The notes under the pieces were generated by a model. That model made no database searches and was not told the DNA's origin. It saw only the letters and a list, made by a program, of their open reading frames with translations. Source: Candidatus Tectimicrobiota bacterium (lineage in GTDB: Bacteria; JACPUC01). Taken from it: a stretch of DNA of 64,000 nt. The first letter of the stretch is position 1. Each line of letters starts with the position of its first letter. The translations under genes and the position numbers were made by a program. Shown here piece by piece: positions 61,120 through 64,000 of this stretch. The stretch is from contig JACPUC010000019.1 of assembly GCA_016192455.1 (NCBI GenBank), forward strand, positions 186,001 to 250,000. Reading direction: 5' to 3'.

Positions 61120-61431
61120 CTACCCGCGCGGCTCCCCAGACGGCTCCTCTGACGGGGCGTCGCACGAGGGGAGAGGAGCGGCGCTGCGGCGCAGGGCGTG
61201 GCGCACCATCAGCCAGCCGGCCAGGAAGAGCACCACGCCCTCGATGGAGAAGAAGAGGAGCTGCAGGAAGCTCTCGACGTAGGGGAAGATGAAGGAGACG
61301 ACGATGAGCCCAAGCAGGGACAGGAGCTGGATGGTGCGCCCGACGTAGTAGAGGAGCCCGGGTCTCCGGCTGGCCAGTGGAGGCATCGTGGGGGGCGCGC
61401 CCTCCGGTTGCTCTGGCTGCTGCGGCGGCAC
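61120..61431 (-). CDS. Small two-TM membrane protein
   Basis: YYVGRTIQLLSLLGLIVV...GVVLFLAGWLM; follows dgt by 4 bp. Confidence 0.65.
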   Translation of the reverse strand: MPPQQPEQPEGAPPTMPPLASRRPGLLYYVGRTIQLLSLLGLIVVSFIFPYVESFLQLLFFSIEGVVLFLAGWLMVRHALRRSAAPLPSCDAPSEEPSGEPRG

Positions 61432-61435
61432 GGTG

Positions 61436-62602
61436 TCACACCCGCTCGAAGGGATCGAAGAGCTTCTTGTACTCCTCCAGCGCGTAACGGTCGGTCATTC
61501 CCGCCAGGTAATCGCAGACGACCGTATGCAAGGCGTCCTCCTCCAGGCGCTGCTTGATGTTCGGCGGCAACTGCTCGGGGTTGGCGATGTAGGCCTCGAA
61601 GAGCTGCCGCAGGATGCGGCCCGCCTTCTCCCCCATGCGCACGACGCGGAAGTGCTGGTACATGTTGCGGTAGAGAAACTCCTTGAGACACTGGGCCTTG
61701 CTCTGCATCTCGGGGCTGAAGCCGGCGATGCGCCGGGAGGCGCCGCGGACATCGTCCACCGTCTCCACGCCGTCAACGACGATCCGGTGGGCCGTCTCCT
61801 CCACCAGGTCGGTCGTCAACTCATTGATGAGGCGGCGCACGGTCTGATGCTGGATGACGCGCGGCGGCTGGCCGAGCAGGGCGTCAAACGTCGCGCGGTA
61901 GGCCTCCTGCCAGAGCTCGACCTCTTCGAGCTGCTCCAGGGTGAGGAGGTTCGATTTCAGCCCATCGTCGATATCATGGTTGTTGTAGGCGATTTCATCG
62001 GCGAGGTCGGCGATCTGCGCCTCCAGGCTGGGGTGGGCGTGCGTCGCCGAGAAGTCGGGGTGGTCGTGCACGGGGGCGTGCATGAGGATGCCTTCGCGCG
62101 CTTCCCAGGTGAGGTTCAAGCCTGGGAAGTTCGGGTAGCGGTGCTCCAGCACCTCCACCACGCGCAGGCTCTGCCGATTATGTTCGAAGCCCCCGAACTC
62201 TTTCATGAGCTCGGCCATCACCCGCTCGCCACAGTGGCCGAACGGCGTATGCCCGAGATCATGGGAGAGCGCCACCGTCTCCGCCAACTCCTCGTTCAGA
62301 CGCAGCACCCGCGCAATGGTGCGCGAGATCTGCGCCACCTCCATGCTATGGGTGAGCCGGGTGCGGTAGTAATCCCCTTCGTGGTAGACGAAGACCTGCG
62401 TCTTGTACTCCAGGCGTCGAAAGGCCGAGCTGTGAACGATGCGGTCACGGTCGCGCTGAAAGGCCGTGCGGTACGGATGCTCCGGCTCCGGGAACTTGCG
62501 CCCGCGGGAGGCGCCGCTGTGCACCGCGTACGGGGCCAGGCGCTGCGCCTCGCTCGTCTCGTACTCCTGCCGCGTGAGCATCGGGAGCGTTAGGATCGCC
62601 AT
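61436..62602 (-). CDS. dgt: Deoxyguanosinetriphosphate triphosphohydrolase
   Basis: FQRDRDRI, KTQVF, RTRLTHS, HDLGHTPFGH, DEIAY..HD, AGMTD. Confidence 0.95.
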   Translation of the reverse strand: MAILTLPMLTRQEYETSEAQRLAPYAVHSGASRGRKFPEPEHPYRTAFQRDRDRIVHSSAFRRLEYKTQVFVYHEGDYYRTRLTHSMEVAQISRTIARVLRLNEELAETVALSHDLGHTPFGHCGERVMAELMKEFGGFEHNRQSLRVVEVLEHRYPNFPGLNLTWEAREGILMHAPVHDHPDFSATHAHPSLEAQIADLADEIAYNNHDIDDGLKSNLLTLEQLEEVELWQEAYRATFDALLGQPPRVIQHQTVRRLINELTTDLVEETAHRIVVDGVETVDDVRGASRRIAGFSPEMQSKAQCLKEFLYRNMYQHFRVVRMGEKAGRILRQLFEAYIANPEQLPPNIKQRLEEDALHTVVCDYLAGMTDRYALEEYKKLFDPFERV

Positions 62603-62607
62603 ACTCC

Positions 62608-63345
62608 TCAACCCTGCGACCCCTTGAGCCGCACCTTCAGCGACTCGATCTTCAACGACAGGTCCATCCCCGCCGCCGCGTCGGGATACGCCTCATTCAG
62701 TTCGCTGTAACTCTTCAGCGCCGCCTGAAGGTTGTTCATCTGCTCGTAGCAGCGGGCGATTCCCAACAGCGCCTCGCCCTTGGCGCGCGCGCCGGCTTGC
62801 TCGAGGATACGCCGATAGGAGTCGACGGCGGCGTCATATCGCTTTTGGGCGTGCAGGGCGTTCGCCTCGCCGAGCTGCGCCAGCTCCCACAGGGGGTGCT
62901 CGCCGGGCTTGAGGTCCTGGGCTAGGGCGCGGTAGATCTCCGCACCCTGTTCGTAGTTCCCCCGTTCCACCTCGAGACTGGCGAGGGAGAAGCGCGCCAG
63001 CGTCGCCATCGGCAGCGAGCTGTACATGGCGCTGAGGGTGCGCAGCTTCTGGGCGGCTGCCTCCCACACCTCGCCGGCGTTCTCTTTCTTGCCCTCGTCA
63101 TTCCCGCCCGCGTCATTCAGCGTGGCGAGCACGGCGCTGTAAGCACTTGCGGCGCGGGCGGCGCGTGCCTCGCGGTAGCGACGCACCCCCGTCACCGCCA
63201 GGGCCGCCGCCAGCACCACGACGATGCCGACGAGCACCGCGCGGTTATGCCGGCGCACAAAGAGCTCGGCGCGCGTGTAGGCGCTCAGAAACTCGTCGGG
63301 CTCCTTCAATAACGTCTTCCGTGTCTTTCGTCGAGTTCTCGCCAA
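62608..63345 (-). CDS. YfgM-like TM-TPR protein
   Basis: LKEPDEF N-terminus, single TM, TPR-like helices; TTG start with RBS. Confidence 0.8.
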   Translation of the reverse strand: MARTRRKTRKTLLKEPDEFLSAYTRAELFVRRHNRAVLVGIVVVLAAALAVTGVRRYREARAARAASAYSAVLATLNDAGGNDEGKKENAGEVWEAAAQKLRTLSAMYSSLPMATLARFSLASLEVERGNYEQGAEIYRALAQDLKPGEHPLWELAQLGEANALHAQKRYDAAVDSYRRILEQAGARAKGEALLGIARCYEQMNNLQAALKSYSELNEAYPDAAAGMDLSLKIESLKVRLKGSQG

Positions 63346-63464
63346 TGTGCGTGTCCTCTCTACCTGGAAGTTCGTCGTACGCTAGCACTTCATCAGGTGA
63401 TTTTCAAGCCACCGACCCCTGGCCCTGTCGCGCCGCGCGACGCACACCGCGCCCCGACGGGGCG

Positions 63465-64000
63465 CTAGGCGCCGTCGCGGCGCCGGTAGACCTCGATGCC
63501 ATCGAAACGCAGGTGCGGCGTCGGCGGCTGCGGGTCAACGTCCTGGTCCCACCGGTAGATGCTGCGCGGCGCGGCCGGCACCACCACCCCCACCTTCACG
63601 TAGTGCTCCCGAAGGTACCGCACGAGCCACGCAAAGATGCGCTTCGGCGACCTCTCCCGCACCAGCCACGAGGTCCAGACCTTGACGAAGACGATGTAGC
63701 GCGGCGCCGCGGCCTCGATCTCGCGGATCATCTCCTCCTGCATGCGCCGGGCGAAGGGGTAGTCCTGCATGAGGGCGTAAAGATGAATGTAGCCCGTGGC
63801 CGAGAGCCGGTCGGCGTAAAAGTAAATCTGCGGCTCCGATCCGAGGACGGCGATGCGGTCCTCCTTCGTGGTGCGCGCCTTGATGTAGTCGGCGATGACG
63901 AGCGACTCCGGGAAGGGGTTGAGGCCGTAAGTGGCTCGCGTCGCCTCCTGGGGAGTCACGGCGAAGAGGTAGCGCCGTTCGTTCACGACCCCTTGCAGCA
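63465..64000 (-). CDS. C-terminal part of a probable GT-C/ArnT-like membrane protein (partial)
   Basis: Frame open to the window edge; YGLNPFPES, IAVLGSEPQIYFYADR. Confidence 0.6.
   Translation of the reverse strand, partial: LQGVVNERRYLFAVTPQEATRATYGLNPFPESLVIADYIKARTTKEDRIAVLGSEPQIYFYADRLSATGYIHLYALMQDYPFARRMQEEMIREIEAAAPRYIVFVKVWTSWLVRERSPKRIFAWLVRYLREHYVKVGVVVPAAPRSIYRWDQDVDPQPPTPHLRFDGIEVYRRRDGA

Overview
High-GC bacterial chromosomal window. Gene content suggests a deltaproteobacteria-like or related lineage (inference only). It is mostly housekeeping and metabolic genes: rimI, a GAF-GGDEF protein, mlaEFDC plus TolC, a Rieske/cytochrome b/nonaheme cytochrome c cluster with a class II cytochrome c, radC, aroC/aroA, a futalosine-type menaquinone cluster (menG-ubiD-ubiA) behind romR-valS-birA-coaX, ruvX, dodecin, mutY, rimO, a 2-oxoacid/acetoin dehydrogenase (E2-E1a-E1b), a Fur-boxed cytochrome c-FTR1 permease, a sigma54-controlled cyanate operon (cynF/cynABDS) and dgt. 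No rRNA, tRNA, CRISPR array, integrase or transposase was recognised. Signals not captured by the ORF track: (1) an ArsM-like methyltransferase reading through an in-frame UGA followed by a SECIS-like hairpin (probable selenoprotein); (2) a 923-aa secreted protein built from silk-like (PTGGPGG)15/(PGGGPGG)10/(PGG)13 repeats; (3) RadC fused to an endonuclease III-like Fe-S subdomain, preceded by a 60-aa Sm-like gene; (4) a dispersed ~92-bp three-hairpin intergenic element (3 copies) associated with a perfect 28-bp GTAG REP palindrome; (5) a single-base frameshift in a GYD gene. All homology calls are from motif recognition, not database searches.
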